NCBI GenBank assembly: GCA_902494945.1
Contig: CABUVF010000001.1
Location: 1 to 55,484 of the forward strand
DNA from: an uncultured Collinsella sp.
GTDB taxonomy: Bacteria; Actinomycetota; Coriobacteriia; Coriobacteriales; Coriobacteriaceae
DNA: 55,484 nucleotides
Reading direction: 5' to 3'
Below the pieces are notes generated by a model. It did no database searches. It had not been told where the DNA came from and was given only the letters and a program-made list of their open reading frames with translations. A program made the translations under genes and the position numbers. Of this stretch, positions 9,718-19,225 are shown in pieces (the stretch's first letter is position 1; each line of letters opens with the position of its first letter).

Positions 9718-10148
9718 GAATCGACCATCGGAAAGGGCAATCCTCTCTGGCCATTCGATTCCTTTTGTATCTATGGCTGCATTTACGTTATGTGGTTATT
9801 TATTTCGTTAGAATTCCCAAGCAAAACGCTTTTATGCACCATGTCTGCGCAAGCGAGAAAAGCCATTTCTAAGCCTCGGTCCACGAAAATGTCAACTTGG
9901 CTTTTCATTGAGCCGATACTTCCAACACCGCTGAAAACGAACCAAACGCGTAGCTCTTGCGTGTCCGCAACTCGCACCATCAAAGTATGCAAGCATCCTG
10001 ATGAGCAGGATAGCCTCTGATCGTCTGTATCTCAATTCGGAACAAAGATCCTGGGAAAAAGGGGATGCGGCGCCGAACGCGAACAATGTGTGTACGCTGT
10101 CGAGAAATGAGGCGCGCGCCGAGAAACCGGTGGTCCATACTCCACGCC

Positions 10149-10871
10149 GCACCCCCAACTGAGCCTCGTAGGATTGGACCTCTTTAAGCAACGGTTCGAG
10201 GTCTTTTTCGCGCTCAGCGGCGTCCCTGGCCTTGTCTTCGATGCCGGCGAGTTGCTCGGTAATCCAATCGATTACCTGACCGACGTCGTTGTACCTGCCC
10301 TCGATCTCGTTTCTTGCCGCCTGTCGTGCCTCGGCGGGCTTTTGGAGGTAATCGTCATGAAGGGCTGCGTAGGTCCTAGCGATGTCCAGGGCGTTTTTGA
10401 CCTTCGCCCTCTGGTCGCCGGCGATCATGGAGGCGATCGATTCCAGCTTGGCGTCGATGCACTGGAGGCTGTCGCTGATTTCGGTCATGTACGCCTGACC
10501 GACAACCATCGCCGCTGCGGCAAGGCCGACGCTGGCGATCTGTGCGGGGCTGACCCCAGCGGCTTTGAGGGAGACGTCGCCGCTCAGGCGACCTTTCGGG
10601 TCTCGGACGAGGGCCCTTACCGCTTCCGGATCCTTCTTCGAGGCGACGAGGTCCTTAAAGCTGTAGCCTTCGGGAACCTCGACTTTGTAGAGCTGTTTTC
10701 CTCGACGAGGTCTATGACGTCCGAGGCGAGGCCGAGAATGGCGTCCGCCCGCTCTCCGATGCCGACGTTGTTCTCTTTGCCCGCATCGGCGTTCGCGACG
10801 AGCCTGATGTTCTCCAAGTCCTCGACGGGAACGACCTCGACGCTGATTGGCGCAAGTTCTTTGTCGCTCAT
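10149..10871 (-). pseudogene. 5' half of split hypothetical gene, with extra frameshift near 10690
   Basis: MSDKEL..VEEN then, one frame over, YKVEVPEG..AAMVVGQA..YEAQLG up to the cassette junction. Confidence 0.65.
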
Positions 10872-10882
10872 GCTCTTAGCGC

Positions 10883-11548
10883 CTATCTCGCCTCATCGGA
10901 ACGCGCCAGGACGTCCCATTTGTTGTACGAGCCCTCGGCCTGAAGATCCCTGACGAGGGCCTCATAGCGGGTCTCGAGGTCTTTCTCCTCACACGGGAAG
11001 AGCAGAATCATCATTGGTCTTTTGAACTTGAAGTCAGCGTAGACGTCGATGTTGCCGAAACCGCAAAGCTGTGTGTATATGCTGAAGCCCATGGATTTGC
11101 CGCAACCGACATAGACGTCCTCGTAGGCGGAAGGGTCTTTCTCTCGTGCCGATTTCATCGTGACGACGGCGTAGCAGCCGGCGATCGCCATGTACCCATC
11201 GCTGAGGTCGGCTTCGCTGGAGACGTTGTTCTCGAAGTTCTCGAAGAAATCTTTTGCGGAGATCGGCGGAAGCGAGCTTGCCACGGCCTTCTTGCGGGAT
11301 GCCTCGAGTGACTTTTGCTGCTCCTTCTTGTCTTTGATTGCCCGACCCTTTGAAAGGAATGAGTCCCTGGCTTCTCCCAGGCTATCTGCCGCCTGCTTCC
11401 CCCTTTGCTGCCCCCAGTCGATCAGAGCGGGCCCGTATTTGTTCACAGCGGGCTCAACGAAGGGCAGAACGTCTTTTCCGATGTCGATGGCCCTTTTGAC
11501 GTCTTGCAGCTTAATCTTTCCCAATTGCGTACCTCTGTTCATGGACAA
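10883..11548 (-). CDS. Hypothetical protein with GIY-YIG-like C-terminal domain
   Basis: GCYAVV..VYVGCG, later E and YN residues. Confidence 0.55.
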   Translation of the reverse strand: MSMNRGTQLGKIKLQDVKRAIDIGKDVLPFVEPAVNKYGPALIDWGQQRGKQAADSLGEARDSFLSKGRAIKDKKEQQKSLEASRKKAVASSLPPISAKDFFENFENNVSSEADLSDGYMAIAGCYAVVTMKSAREKDPSAYEDVYVGCGKSMGFSIYTQLCGFGNIDVYADFKFKRPMMILLFPCEEKDLETRYEALVRDLQAEGSYNKWDVLARSDEAR

Positions 11549-11621
11549 CCGGAAGCTTATCGAGAAGCAGCCGGCAGCGTCTTGTTTCTATCAAGTGCGT
11601 AAATTATCTCACCACATGCAA

Positions 11622-11653
11622 GACCCCTTGCCGAGATATAGCGGCAAGGGGTC
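11622..11653 (-). terminator. Strong hairpin closing the conjugation operon
   Basis: GACCCCTTGCCG..CGGCAAGGGGTC; weak U tail. Confidence 0.5.
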
Positions 11654-11691
11654 GAAGGGCCATATTCGGTTGTAGTTTCGATCTGCAAGTC

Positions 11692-11787
11692 CTAGTCTCG
11701 GTCGTCGTCGCCGGCTGCGCAGCAGGCGTAGGCCGTGAGCGTGAGGAGCCCCATGAGGAGCCCTATTCCGAAGGGCGCGAATCCCAT
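11692..11787 (-). CDS. 31-aa membrane peptide MGFAPFGIGLLMGLLTLTAYACCAAGDDDRD
   Basis: AGGAGGTGG RBS, overlaps sortase end. Confidence 0.6.
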   Translation of the reverse strand: MGFAPFGIGLLMGLLTLTAYACCAAGDDDRD

Positions 11788-12494
11788 GTTTCCACCTCCT
11801 TCGCGTAGACCACGGTGCGGGAGTTGCTCGTCTGGTAGCTGCACGTCACGAAGGCCCAGGCATGCGCGATGTCCGCCGAATCTTCCAGGACGACCTCGCA
11901 CTGGGACAATTTGTCCCCGAGGTAGGCGTCGAGCTCCGCAGCGCCGGCGAAGTTGGTCCGCTTGCCCTCTGAGCTCGCGTCGACCACGTCGGCCGCGAAG
12001 ACCTCGAGCTCGATCGCATTCTCGCGGGTGTAGACCCGGATGGTGCGGTGCCCCTCGGCGAAACCGCGCGACGAGTATTGCGCGAGCGGCGCGAACATGG
12101 TGCCGTCGGACATGTGGTGCCCGTAGACGATGACGAGCGGGCTCTCGGCGCCCTGCGCGCACCCGGCGTCGATGTAGGGAGCGCCCCACGCTGATCTTTC
12201 GCCGCCGGCGTCGTGCGTGAGGTAGAAGTCGGGCGATTCGGGCCGGCCCTGGACGATCGGGTAGTCGACGGTCGTGCCCGGCACGCGCACCCAAGCGACG
12301 ACGGAGGCGGGAAGGGCGTCCCAGTCGATGCCGCCTCCCGTCTCTTGAGCCTCCATTGCCGCATCCTTTTCCGCAGCAGGCGCCTCGTGCACCCCGTACG
12401 GGTTCCTCTCGGGCAGCGGCAGGACGGCGAGCGCCGCCAGCGCCAGCAACGCCACGGCAATGGCGAGTGCCGTGGCGGCTTTCCCTTTGTTCAT
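11763..12494 (-). CDS. srtB: Class B sortase
   Basis: N-terminal anchor, VDYPIVQ, YGHHM, VTCSY, RTVV catalytic His/Cys/Arg. Confidence 0.9.
   Translation of the reverse strand: MNKGKAATALAIAVALLALAALAVLPLPERNPYGVHEAPAAEKDAAMEAQETGGGIDWDALPASVVAWVRVPGTTVDYPIVQGRPESPDFYLTHDAGGERSAWGAPYIDAGCAQGAESPLVIVYGHHMSDGTMFAPLAQYSSRGFAEGHRTIRVYTRENAIELEVFAADVVDASSEGKRTNFAGAAELDAYLGDKLSQCEVVLEDSADIAHAWAFVTCSYQTSNSRTVVYAKEVETWDSRPSE
11903..11917. repeat. Palindrome GGGACAATTTGTCCC copy 1 (candidate parS)
   Basis: Identical 15-mer at 19001 and 21007. Confidence 0.7.
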
Positions 12495-12566
12495 GTCCTC
12501 CCCCGTTCGCAGGGGAGGCCCCGGGCGGGCGCCCAGGGCCTCCGGTTCGGTATCGATGCGGCGCCG

Positions 12567-15308
12567 CTACTCTTCCGGCTCTTCGGCAGGCTCTTCGGCT
12601 GCCGCGTCCTTGCTTGCGCCGGCCGTCTTGCGCTTGCGGTACGCGAGCACTCCGCCCGCGCCCGCCGCAGCTGCTAGAGCGATGCCTGCGGCCACGGCGT
12701 AGCCGGTGGCGTCGGGGGCGTCGGCCCCGGTCTTGGCGTAGGGCTCCTCGGGCACCTCGGGCGTGTCGGGGTTGTCCACGACGACGCTCTGCTCGGCGGA
12801 GTCGATGTCCTCGTGGGTCGCAACGACGTTGCCGGCGGAGTCCAGGACCTTCTCGAAGACGACGAGCTCGTCTCCCTCGGCCAGGCCCTCGGTGTCGAAC
12901 TCGAAGGTCACCTCGACGGTGCCGGAGGGCGCCTCTGGCTCGAAGGGCGTGCGCGCGGTCACCTCGTTGCCGTCCTTGTCGAGGAACGGCTCTCCGGTGC
13001 CCTTGTCCATGAGCGTGCCCACGGCGATGTAGGTCTCGCCGGGGACGAGGCCCTTGTAGGCCACCGTGTCGACGACCTTTGCCTTGCCGGCCTCGATGAC
13101 CTGGTCGCCGTCGGCGGCGTCGGCCGCCTGGGTGCCCACCTCGACGGCGACGTGGACGGTCTGGCCCTCGTCGGAGAGGTCCGCGTGCGACGCCACCTCG
13201 GCGCCGTCCTTGCGAAGGCTCTCGAACACGACCAGGTCGCGGCCGCCGAGCAGGCTCGCGTCGAAGGAGATCTCTACGTCCTGGCTGCCCGTCGAGAGCG
13301 CGGGCGCGAACTCGGCCTTGGCCCCCACGGGCTTGCCCGAGGCATCGGTCACGGGCTCGCCGGTCGCCTTGTCGACGAGGGTTGCCGAGAGCTCGTATTC
13401 CTCGCCGGCCTTCAGCCCCTCGTAGGCCACCGCGTCGACGACCTTGGCCTCGGCGTCGGCCGAGACGTCCTTGTCGCCGTCCGCCCCGTCCTTTGCTGTG
13501 GTGGAGATGCGCGGGCCCTCCTGGTCGTCAAGGCCCATCCACACGGCCTTGGCCACCGTCGAGTCGCGCTCGATCCAGAAGCTCCTGGTGATGAGCTCGA
13601 GGCCCTCGTTGGCCTCGCAGCGCAGCTCGGTCATGGTGTAGGCGCCGTACGGCAGTGCCGCCAGCGAGTCGTCGACCGGCGCCGAGGAGCCGTCCTCGCC
13701 GAGCGAGAACCAGATGCCGGCCTTCGGGTCCATGTCGGCGGCAGCAATCGGGCCCTCATGGCCGAGCAGGGCGTCGTTGGCGTTGGTGTCCCTCGAGTGC
13801 CTGTTCCAGCTGCTCGCGGTGGACGCGTCGCCGTTGCGGTCCGTCACCAGCACGTGCGTCTCGCCGGTGGCCGCGTTCTCGATGGCGAACGGGACCATGA
13901 GGCCGGCGTTGTCGGTCTCGCTCTTCTTGGAGAGCTCGAGGTCGTTGCGCACCACCTGGTCGCGGAACTCGAGCGCGGCGCCGTCCGCGGAGGCGCTCAC
14001 GATCTCGCCGCCGGTGCGGACCTCGAAGGTGCGGGGCTCGCCGTCGGTCAGTAGGTAGCTCCCGTTCGTCGCCGTCTCCCGCACGTCGTAGGTTCCGTAC
14101 GGCAGTGCGTCGGCCGCGGTCTGCGCGGTGTAGGCGCCGGCCTCGTCGTTCCATGCGGTGGTCAGCGTGGCCACGGCTTCGCCCGGCTCGTGCCATTCGC
14201 CGTCAACGAGGACCTTGTGCGCCGAGCGGTTCGTGACGGTGAACTCGATCCCGTCGAGGCCGGGGTGCTCGCCAGGCGCCTCCTTGTGGCCGCTGCCCGC
14301 GAGCGCCTCGGACGCCTGCAGCTCCTTGTCGGACTTGGTCACCTGCACGCCGCCGCGGAAGACCTCGTCGGTCACGGGGTCGCCCGTGAGGTCGCGCACC
14401 TCGCCGGCCTTCACGGTGAACGCGACGGAGGCGTCGCTGGCGTCGTAGCCCTCGGGCGCTCCGGACTCGACGATGCGGTAATTGCCTGCGGGAAGTGCGT
14501 CGGCGCCGGTCGCGGCGACGTGCGATCCGTTCTCGGGCGCGGTCTTGATCGTGGCGCAGACCTCTCCGTCGGCGTAGTACTTGCCGCCGCCCAGCACGTA
14601 CCGGCCGGTCTCGTTAACGACGGAGAAGCTCGCGCCGTCGAGCGAGGCGTCGCCCTGGGGCTCTGCGCCCGCCTCGGAGTCCTCTTTGGCGACCTTGACG
14701 CCGCCTGCGGACCAGCTGAAGCTCACGAGCGTCTGTGAGCCGCCGCCGGTCCTGACGCAGAACGCCTCGAACCCGGCGGAGACCCTGCCGGCGCCCGCCT
14801 TCATCTTGGCGAAGGTCCCGCCGATCAGCTCGGATTTCGCCCAGGAGGCGAACTCGGCGCTCGTGCCGTGCGTGGCAGCCGACTCGGACCCAGAGTAGGC
14901 GTAGGCGATGAGCACATGGCTCGCCGCGGCGTACTTCGCGTCGTCCCAGCCGCCGCCGTCGTACCAGCTGCCCGGGAACATCGACGCGTCGAAGCCGGGA
15001 GAGCCGAACGAGTACCAGATCGCCGCTGTCACGTCGTCGCTCGGCACGGGGCTCGTCGAGTAGGAGCCCGGCGCGGGCGTCGGGGACGAGGGCTCGGCGC
15101 AGTAGGCGATGTTCCCGTCGGCGCTCATCCACGTGGTGGCGAAGCCGCCGTAGGGGATCTTGCCGCCGACGGACACGTCTACCGTGCTCGGCGCGGCGTA
15201 GGCGGGCGAGGCCGCCACGGAGGCGAGCAGCGCCCCCGCCGCCAGGATGAGCGCCATGGCGCATCGGAGGAGCTTTTCCTGCAGGGTGCAGTCTTTCGCT
15301 GCGTTCAT
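12567..15308 (-). CDS. Sortase-anchored adhesin with thioester, SpaA-like isopeptide and VaFE/ester domains
   Basis: Signal peptide, AYCAEP, ESGAPEGY-type repeats, two VVFE..HxD....Q repeats, YAKTG + TM + RKRK. Confidence 0.85.
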   Translation of the reverse strand: MNAAKDCTLQEKLLRCAMALILAAGALLASVAASPAYAAPSTVDVSVGGKIPYGGFATTWMSADGNIAYCAEPSSPTPAPGSYSTSPVPSDDVTAAIWYSFGSPGFDASMFPGSWYDGGGWDDAKYAAASHVLIAYAYSGSESAATHGTSAEFASWAKSELIGGTFAKMKAGAGRVSAGFEAFCVRTGGGSQTLVSFSWSAGGVKVAKEDSEAGAEPQGDASLDGASFSVVNETGRYVLGGGKYYADGEVCATIKTAPENGSHVAATGADALPAGNYRIVESGAPEGYDASDASVAFTVKAGEVRDLTGDPVTDEVFRGGVQVTKSDKELQASEALAGSGHKEAPGEHPGLDGIEFTVTNRSAHKVLVDGEWHEPGEAVATLTTAWNDEAGAYTAQTAADALPYGTYDVRETATNGSYLLTDGEPRTFEVRTGGEIVSASADGAALEFRDQVVRNDLELSKKSETDNAGLMVPFAIENAATGETHVLVTDRNGDASTASSWNRHSRDTNANDALLGHEGPIAAADMDPKAGIWFSLGEDGSSAPVDDSLAALPYGAYTMTELRCEANEGLELITRSFWIERDSTVAKAVWMGLDDQEGPRISTTAKDGADGDKDVSADAEAKVVDAVAYEGLKAGEEYELSATLVDKATGEPVTDASGKPVGAKAEFAPALSTGSQDVEISFDASLLGGRDLVVFESLRKDGAEVASHADLSDEGQTVHVAVEVGTQAADAADGDQVIEAGKAKVVDTVAYKGLVPGETYIAVGTLMDKGTGEPFLDKDGNEVTARTPFEPEAPSGTVEVTFEFDTEGLAEGDELVVFEKVLDSAGNVVATHEDIDSAEQSVVVDNPDTPEVPEEPYAKTGADAPDATGYAVAAGIALAAAAGAGGVLAYRKRKTAGASKDAAAEEPAEEPEE

Positions 15309-15320
15309 CTTTCCGCCTCC

Positions 15321-15779
15321 CTATCTCTCGACGCTTCGCTGTGCGCGGGGCGCCTCGTGCTCGGTAGCGCGGCTCGCCTGGCGGGCGTGCTCGGCGCGCT
15401 CCGCGAGGTAGCGCGAGCGCCCTGCGTCAACGGCCTCTTTGAGCTGCGCCGGCATGACCTTCACGGTGTCCTTGACCGCGCGTCCGCCCTCGTCGAGCTC
15501 GGGCTGGCCGTCCGGGCCCATCACCGTCTTCCTCAGCCACACCTCGCGGTTCGCGAGCAGCGGTATGTCCCGGAAGTCGGCCCCCTTGAAGCGGCTCTCG
15601 TTAACGAACATGGGGCTGAACTCGTAGCCTCCCACGTCCATGCCGTCGACGACGGTGCCCTTGGGAAGGGTCGCCGAGTTGAAGGTCCTGGCCTCGCCGG
15701 TCGCGCGGTCGGTGTACTCGATGCCCTCGCGCACGAAGCTCTTGTGCAGCGAGAGGTACACGTTCTTCCTCTCTTCCAT
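15321..15779 (-). CDS. Hypothetical conjugation-region protein
   Basis: AGGAG RBS, in operon. Confidence 0.75.
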   Translation of the reverse strand: MEERKNVYLSLHKSFVREGIEYTDRATGEARTFNSATLPKGTVVDGMDVGGYEFSPMFVNESRFKGADFRDIPLLANREVWLRKTVMGPDGQPELDEGGRAVKDTVKVMPAQLKEAVDAGRSRYLAERAEHARQASRATEHEAPRAQRSVER

Positions 15780-15888
15780 GTCTTTCCTCCTTTTCGTTTT
15801 CAATCGGTCCTTGTCTTCATCCGCCGGGACGCGTGCCCCGGCGCGGCGCCCCTATCTCATGGCGACCGCCCCCTTCCTCGCTTTTCCG

Positions 15889-16890
15889 CTAGAAGCCGCT
15901 CACGATGTCGCGCGCCCAGGAGCCGCTTTTCACGAGGGCCAGGATGAGCAGCACGCACATGGCCAGGTACTGCAGCGCGTAGGTGAGCCCGTTCGCGACC
16001 GCGTCGGCCGGGGTGCCCGTCCCGGGGTTCGCCCCGGTGAGCCCGCCGAGCACGAGCGGGAACGATATGAGCAGCACGAGGATGATGACGCCGGCGATGC
16101 AGACCGCCCCGAAGCTCTTCAGGTAGCCAAGGCCTATCTGGCGCGTGGCGTCCATGCCGAGGAACGCCAGCGGGATCGGGGCGAACGCGGCCATGATGTA
16201 GAGCTGGAGCGCGCGGGCCCAGCAGACCACGAGGGCGACGACGTAGGCCGCCAGCACCACGACCCAGCTGATGAGGCTCACGACGAGCATGGCGATGAGC
16301 GACGGGATGTCGTCGTCGGTGGTGACGACTGACACCTCGGGCAGGTCGAGCGCGCCACCGGCGCCGAAGAGCGCCTCGACTCGGTCGATGGCGAGCCCGC
16401 AGACCTCGTAGATCGACGCCATCAGGTCGAAGCTGTTCTGTATGAGGAACAGGAACACGGCGAAGAACACGAGGAGGAACACGACCTCCTTGACGCCGGG
16501 AAGGCTCTGGCTGCCGTCCATGCGCTGGGATATCTCGATGAGCTTCAGGGTGAAGACCAGGCCGAGCACCCCGCACCCGATCGGCAGGATGGCAACCTGC
16601 CATACGCCCCGGGCGACGTCGTGCATGGTCAGGTCGCTCGAGCTCGTGAGCATGTGCGCGAAGTCGGCCGAGAGGATCCCGTTCGCGCCGATCGACCCGA
16701 GCACGCCCGTCTGCGCCTTGAACATCCAGTTGCAGCAGTCGCGCAGAAGGCCGCACAGCCAATCGTTGACGTCCCCGGCTATGTCGGCGTATGCCGGCTG
16801 CGCGGGGACGAGCAGGAGCGCGCAGAGGGCGAAGGCGGTCGCGGCGGAGACGGCGAAGACCCTTCGGCGTCGCGATTCAAGCGCCCGCAC
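15889..16890 (-). CDS. VirB6/TrbL-like T4SS membrane protein
   Basis: Polytopic; RALQLYIMAAFAPIPLA..GYLK motif; GTG after GGAGG. Confidence 0.8.
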   Translation of the reverse strand: MRALESRRRRVFAVSAATAFALCALLLVPAQPAYADIAGDVNDWLCGLLRDCCNWMFKAQTGVLGSIGANGILSADFAHMLTSSSDLTMHDVARGVWQVAILPIGCGVLGLVFTLKLIEISQRMDGSQSLPGVKEVVFLLVFFAVFLFLIQNSFDLMASIYEVCGLAIDRVEALFGAGGALDLPEVSVVTTDDDIPSLIAMLVVSLISWVVVLAAYVVALVVCWARALQLYIMAAFAPIPLAFLGMDATRQIGLGYLKSFGAVCIAGVIILVLLISFPLVLGGLTGANPGTGTPADAVANGLTYALQYLAMCVLLILALVKSGSWARDIVSGF

Positions 16891-16892
16891 GG

Positions 16893-17612
16893 CTACATCG
16901 CCTCCAGCGAGCCGCTGCGCGAAACCACGGTGACCACCGTCGAGGCGGGGTCGTCGAGCGTGAAGGTCGTCGACGCGACGTTCCAGGCGTAGTCGAGCCA
17001 CACCTCCTTGTCCCAGGTGGCTCCCGTCGCCTGCGGGGACACCTTCGCCGCCTTCCCGGCGACGGCCTCCTCGATGGCGGCGACGTCCGCGCCCAGCGCC
17101 TCGGAGAGGCGGTCGTCGGTGCCGGTCACGGAGAACGCTCCGTCTTGCGCCTTCTGGGGCGCGTAGGCCTGCATCAGGAGGTCGCAGGCCAGGGTGCGGG
17201 CGTCCCCGCCGCCCGAGACCTGGATGAGCGACAGGCCTCCCGCCTTGTCGCCGGTTCCCTTGACGTCGATGGGCACGCTGAGCACGCCGCCGGCCTCGGA
17301 GGGCTCCTCGGCCGAGAAGAACCAGGCGCGCTCGGTGCCGTCCGCGCTCTCCACCATGGCGCCCTCGACGATCCGCAGCGTGGCGGTCGGGTCGTCGGCG
17401 CCCGTCCACGCGGTGTTCCAGAGCGCCTCGGCGCCCGATGTCGCCTTTCCAGTCTCCGAGCCAGTGCCTTCAGGGGCGCCGGCCATCGCGGGCGGCGCCA
17501 GCTCCTGGGGGCTTTCCTGCGGGGCGATGGCGCAGCGCGCCGCGCCCGCGCCGAGCGCCACGGTGAGCGCACCTGCCGCGACGGCGGCCATGACCCTTGA
17601 CTTTCCCTGCAT
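16893..17612 (-). CDS. Membrane-anchored conjugation protein, unknown family
   Basis: N-terminal TM/signal, tightly packed in operon. Confidence 0.7.
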   Translation of the reverse strand: MQGKSRVMAAVAAGALTVALGAGAARCAIAPQESPQELAPPAMAGAPEGTGSETGKATSGAEALWNTAWTGADDPTATLRIVEGAMVESADGTERAWFFSAEEPSEAGGVLSVPIDVKGTGDKAGGLSLIQVSGGGDARTLACDLLMQAYAPQKAQDGAFSVTGTDDRLSEALGADVAAIEEAVAGKAAKVSPQATGATWDKEVWLDYAWNVASTTFTLDDPASTVVTVVSRSGSLEAM

Positions 17613-17621
17613 TGGTTTCTC

Positions 17622-19223
17622 CTATCTCGCGGTGAGCGCGCAGCTGAAGCTGCCGATGCCGCTCGCTATGCGGCACACGTCGCCCGTTCGCGGCTCGTGT
17701 ATGTACCTGTCGTCGCCGATGTAGATGGCAACGTGGCCCGAGCGGTAGAGGATGTCGCCGGGCTTCGCCTCCGAGAGCGGTATGCGCCTGAGCTCCTCGT
17801 ACTGGGAACCCGTGTAGTGGCTTATGCGGATGCCCGCCTGCGCGTAGCAGTACTGCGTGAGCCCGCTGCAGTCGAGCGCCTTGCCGGGGGTCGAGCCTCC
17901 CCACACGTAGGGCACGCCGAGCTGGCTGTACGCCGCCTCGACGATCGCGTTCCCGTTCGCGGCCGGGTCCTTCAGGTCCTCGACCGTCATGGAGTCGAGC
18001 CTGTAGAGGCCCCATTGCGCCATGATCGACTTCAGGGACTCGACGTAGGACGAGTCGGTCGCCCAGCCGGCGTCCTTGAGCCCCTCGGCCATCCTGTCCG
18101 AGTCGTGCCTCTCGATCGCCTCGCGGATGAGGGCGTTGCCCGAGTAGCGCTCCGCCTGCAGGAAGACCCTGCTGCGGAAGCGGATGCACTTGGCGTCGCC
18201 GGCGAAGCGGATGAAGCTCGCCGTGATCTGGGTGTGCTCGCCGGGCACGTACTCCTCGCTGGTGGCCCAGTTCGCCTTGCCGGCCACCTCGGGGCAGCCC
18301 GCGTAGCCCGACCACCACTTCATGCCGAAGAGGTTGTGGTCGCGCTCTGCGAGCTGGCTCATGCGGTCGCCCTGGCCGGACTCCTGGATGATCTGCGCGA
18401 TGGTGCAGCCCGCCGGGTGCCCGTACTCCTCCTGGCACTCGAGCGCCGCCTCGACCATCTCGTAGGTGATGTAGGGCGGCAGCCCCTCGAGGCCCTGCTT
18501 GGAGGCTGCGTCGTCCCAGAAGCCGAACAGCGCGCTCAGCAGCTGCGCGACGGCGAGCGCGCAGGCGACGAAGGCCACGATACCGGCCACCGCCCCGAGC
18601 AGGGCGGGCGCCGCGCCCGAGACCGCGCCCGCGATCGCGGAGGCGGCGCCCTTCGACCCCGCGGCTCGGGCCGCCTCGCCCGACGCCTGCGCGGCCGCCT
18701 GGGCCGCCTGGTGCTTGGCCGGGGCGGTCGCGCCGGCTGCCTCGGGGCCGCGCGCGCCTCCCTTTGGGGCGCCGAGGGCGGTCGCCGCCTTGCGGCTGCC
18801 TTGGGCGGCTTTCTTCGCCTTCCTCTGCCGCAGCCTTCCCGCGGCCTTCTTGGCCGCATGCCCCGCGTCGTACATGCCCGAGGCGCCCTCGAGCTCCTCC
18901 GAGTCGTCGAGCTGGGAGACTGCCTCCCGGGCGATCGCCAGCTTCGCCGCCTCGACGCGCGAGCGCATCGCTGCCGCCGCGCGCCGGTCGCCGGCGGGTT
19001 GGGACAATTTGTCCCCGAGCCCGCCTTCCGGCGCGTCGGGCCTGGAAGGGCGCCCCTTCGCCGTTGCGGCGGAGCCTCCCGCCTGGTCGAGCGGGCCGGC
19101 TCCCTCCGAGACGTTTCCCAGGGCGTCGCGCTCGGTCTCCGCGACGTCGCCCGCGGTGAGCACGTCGCGGCGCTGCGCCGCGACCACCTCGAGCATCCCG
19201 CCGCCCTCGCTCGGGCCGGCCAT
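17622..19223 (-). CDS. Conjugative peptidoglycan hydrolase (glucosaminidase + NlpC/P60)
   Basis: AQIIQESG..HNLFGMK..GWATD; PYVWGG..DCSGL..GHVAIY. Confidence 0.9.
   Translation of the reverse strand: MAGPSEGGGMLEVVAAQRRDVLTAGDVAETERDALGNVSEGAGPLDQAGGSAATAKGRPSRPDAPEGGLGDKLSQPAGDRRAAAAMRSRVEAAKLAIAREAVSQLDDSEELEGASGMYDAGHAAKKAAGRLRQRKAKKAAQGSRKAATALGAPKGGARGPEAAGATAPAKHQAAQAAAQASGEAARAAGSKGAASAIAGAVSGAAPALLGAVAGIVAFVACALAVAQLLSALFGFWDDAASKQGLEGLPPYITYEMVEAALECQEEYGHPAGCTIAQIIQESGQGDRMSQLAERDHNLFGMKWWSGYAGCPEVAGKANWATSEEYVPGEHTQITASFIRFAGDAKCIRFRSRVFLQAERYSGNALIREAIERHDSDRMAEGLKDAGWATDSSYVESLKSIMAQWGLYRLDSMTVEDLKDPAANGNAIVEAAYSQLGVPYVWGGSTPGKALDCSGLTQYCYAQAGIRISHYTGSQYEELRRIPLSEAKPGDILYRSGHVAIYIGDDRYIHEPRTGDVCRIASGIGSFSCALTAR
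19001..19015. repeat. Palindrome GGGACAATTTGTCCC copy 2
   Basis: Exact match inside hydrolase gene. Confidence 0.7.
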
Positions 19224-19225
19224 TC

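Larger units (their letters stand above)
6472..10156 (-). mobile_element. mef-msr resistance cassette bounded by 8-bp direct repeat GCACCCCC
   Basis: Repeat at 6472-6479 and 10149-10156; lower GC inside; no transposase. Confidence 0.65.

Noticed and set aside
9783..9992. 69-aa ORF inside the cassette
   Set aside because: No RBS or motif; probably a fragment
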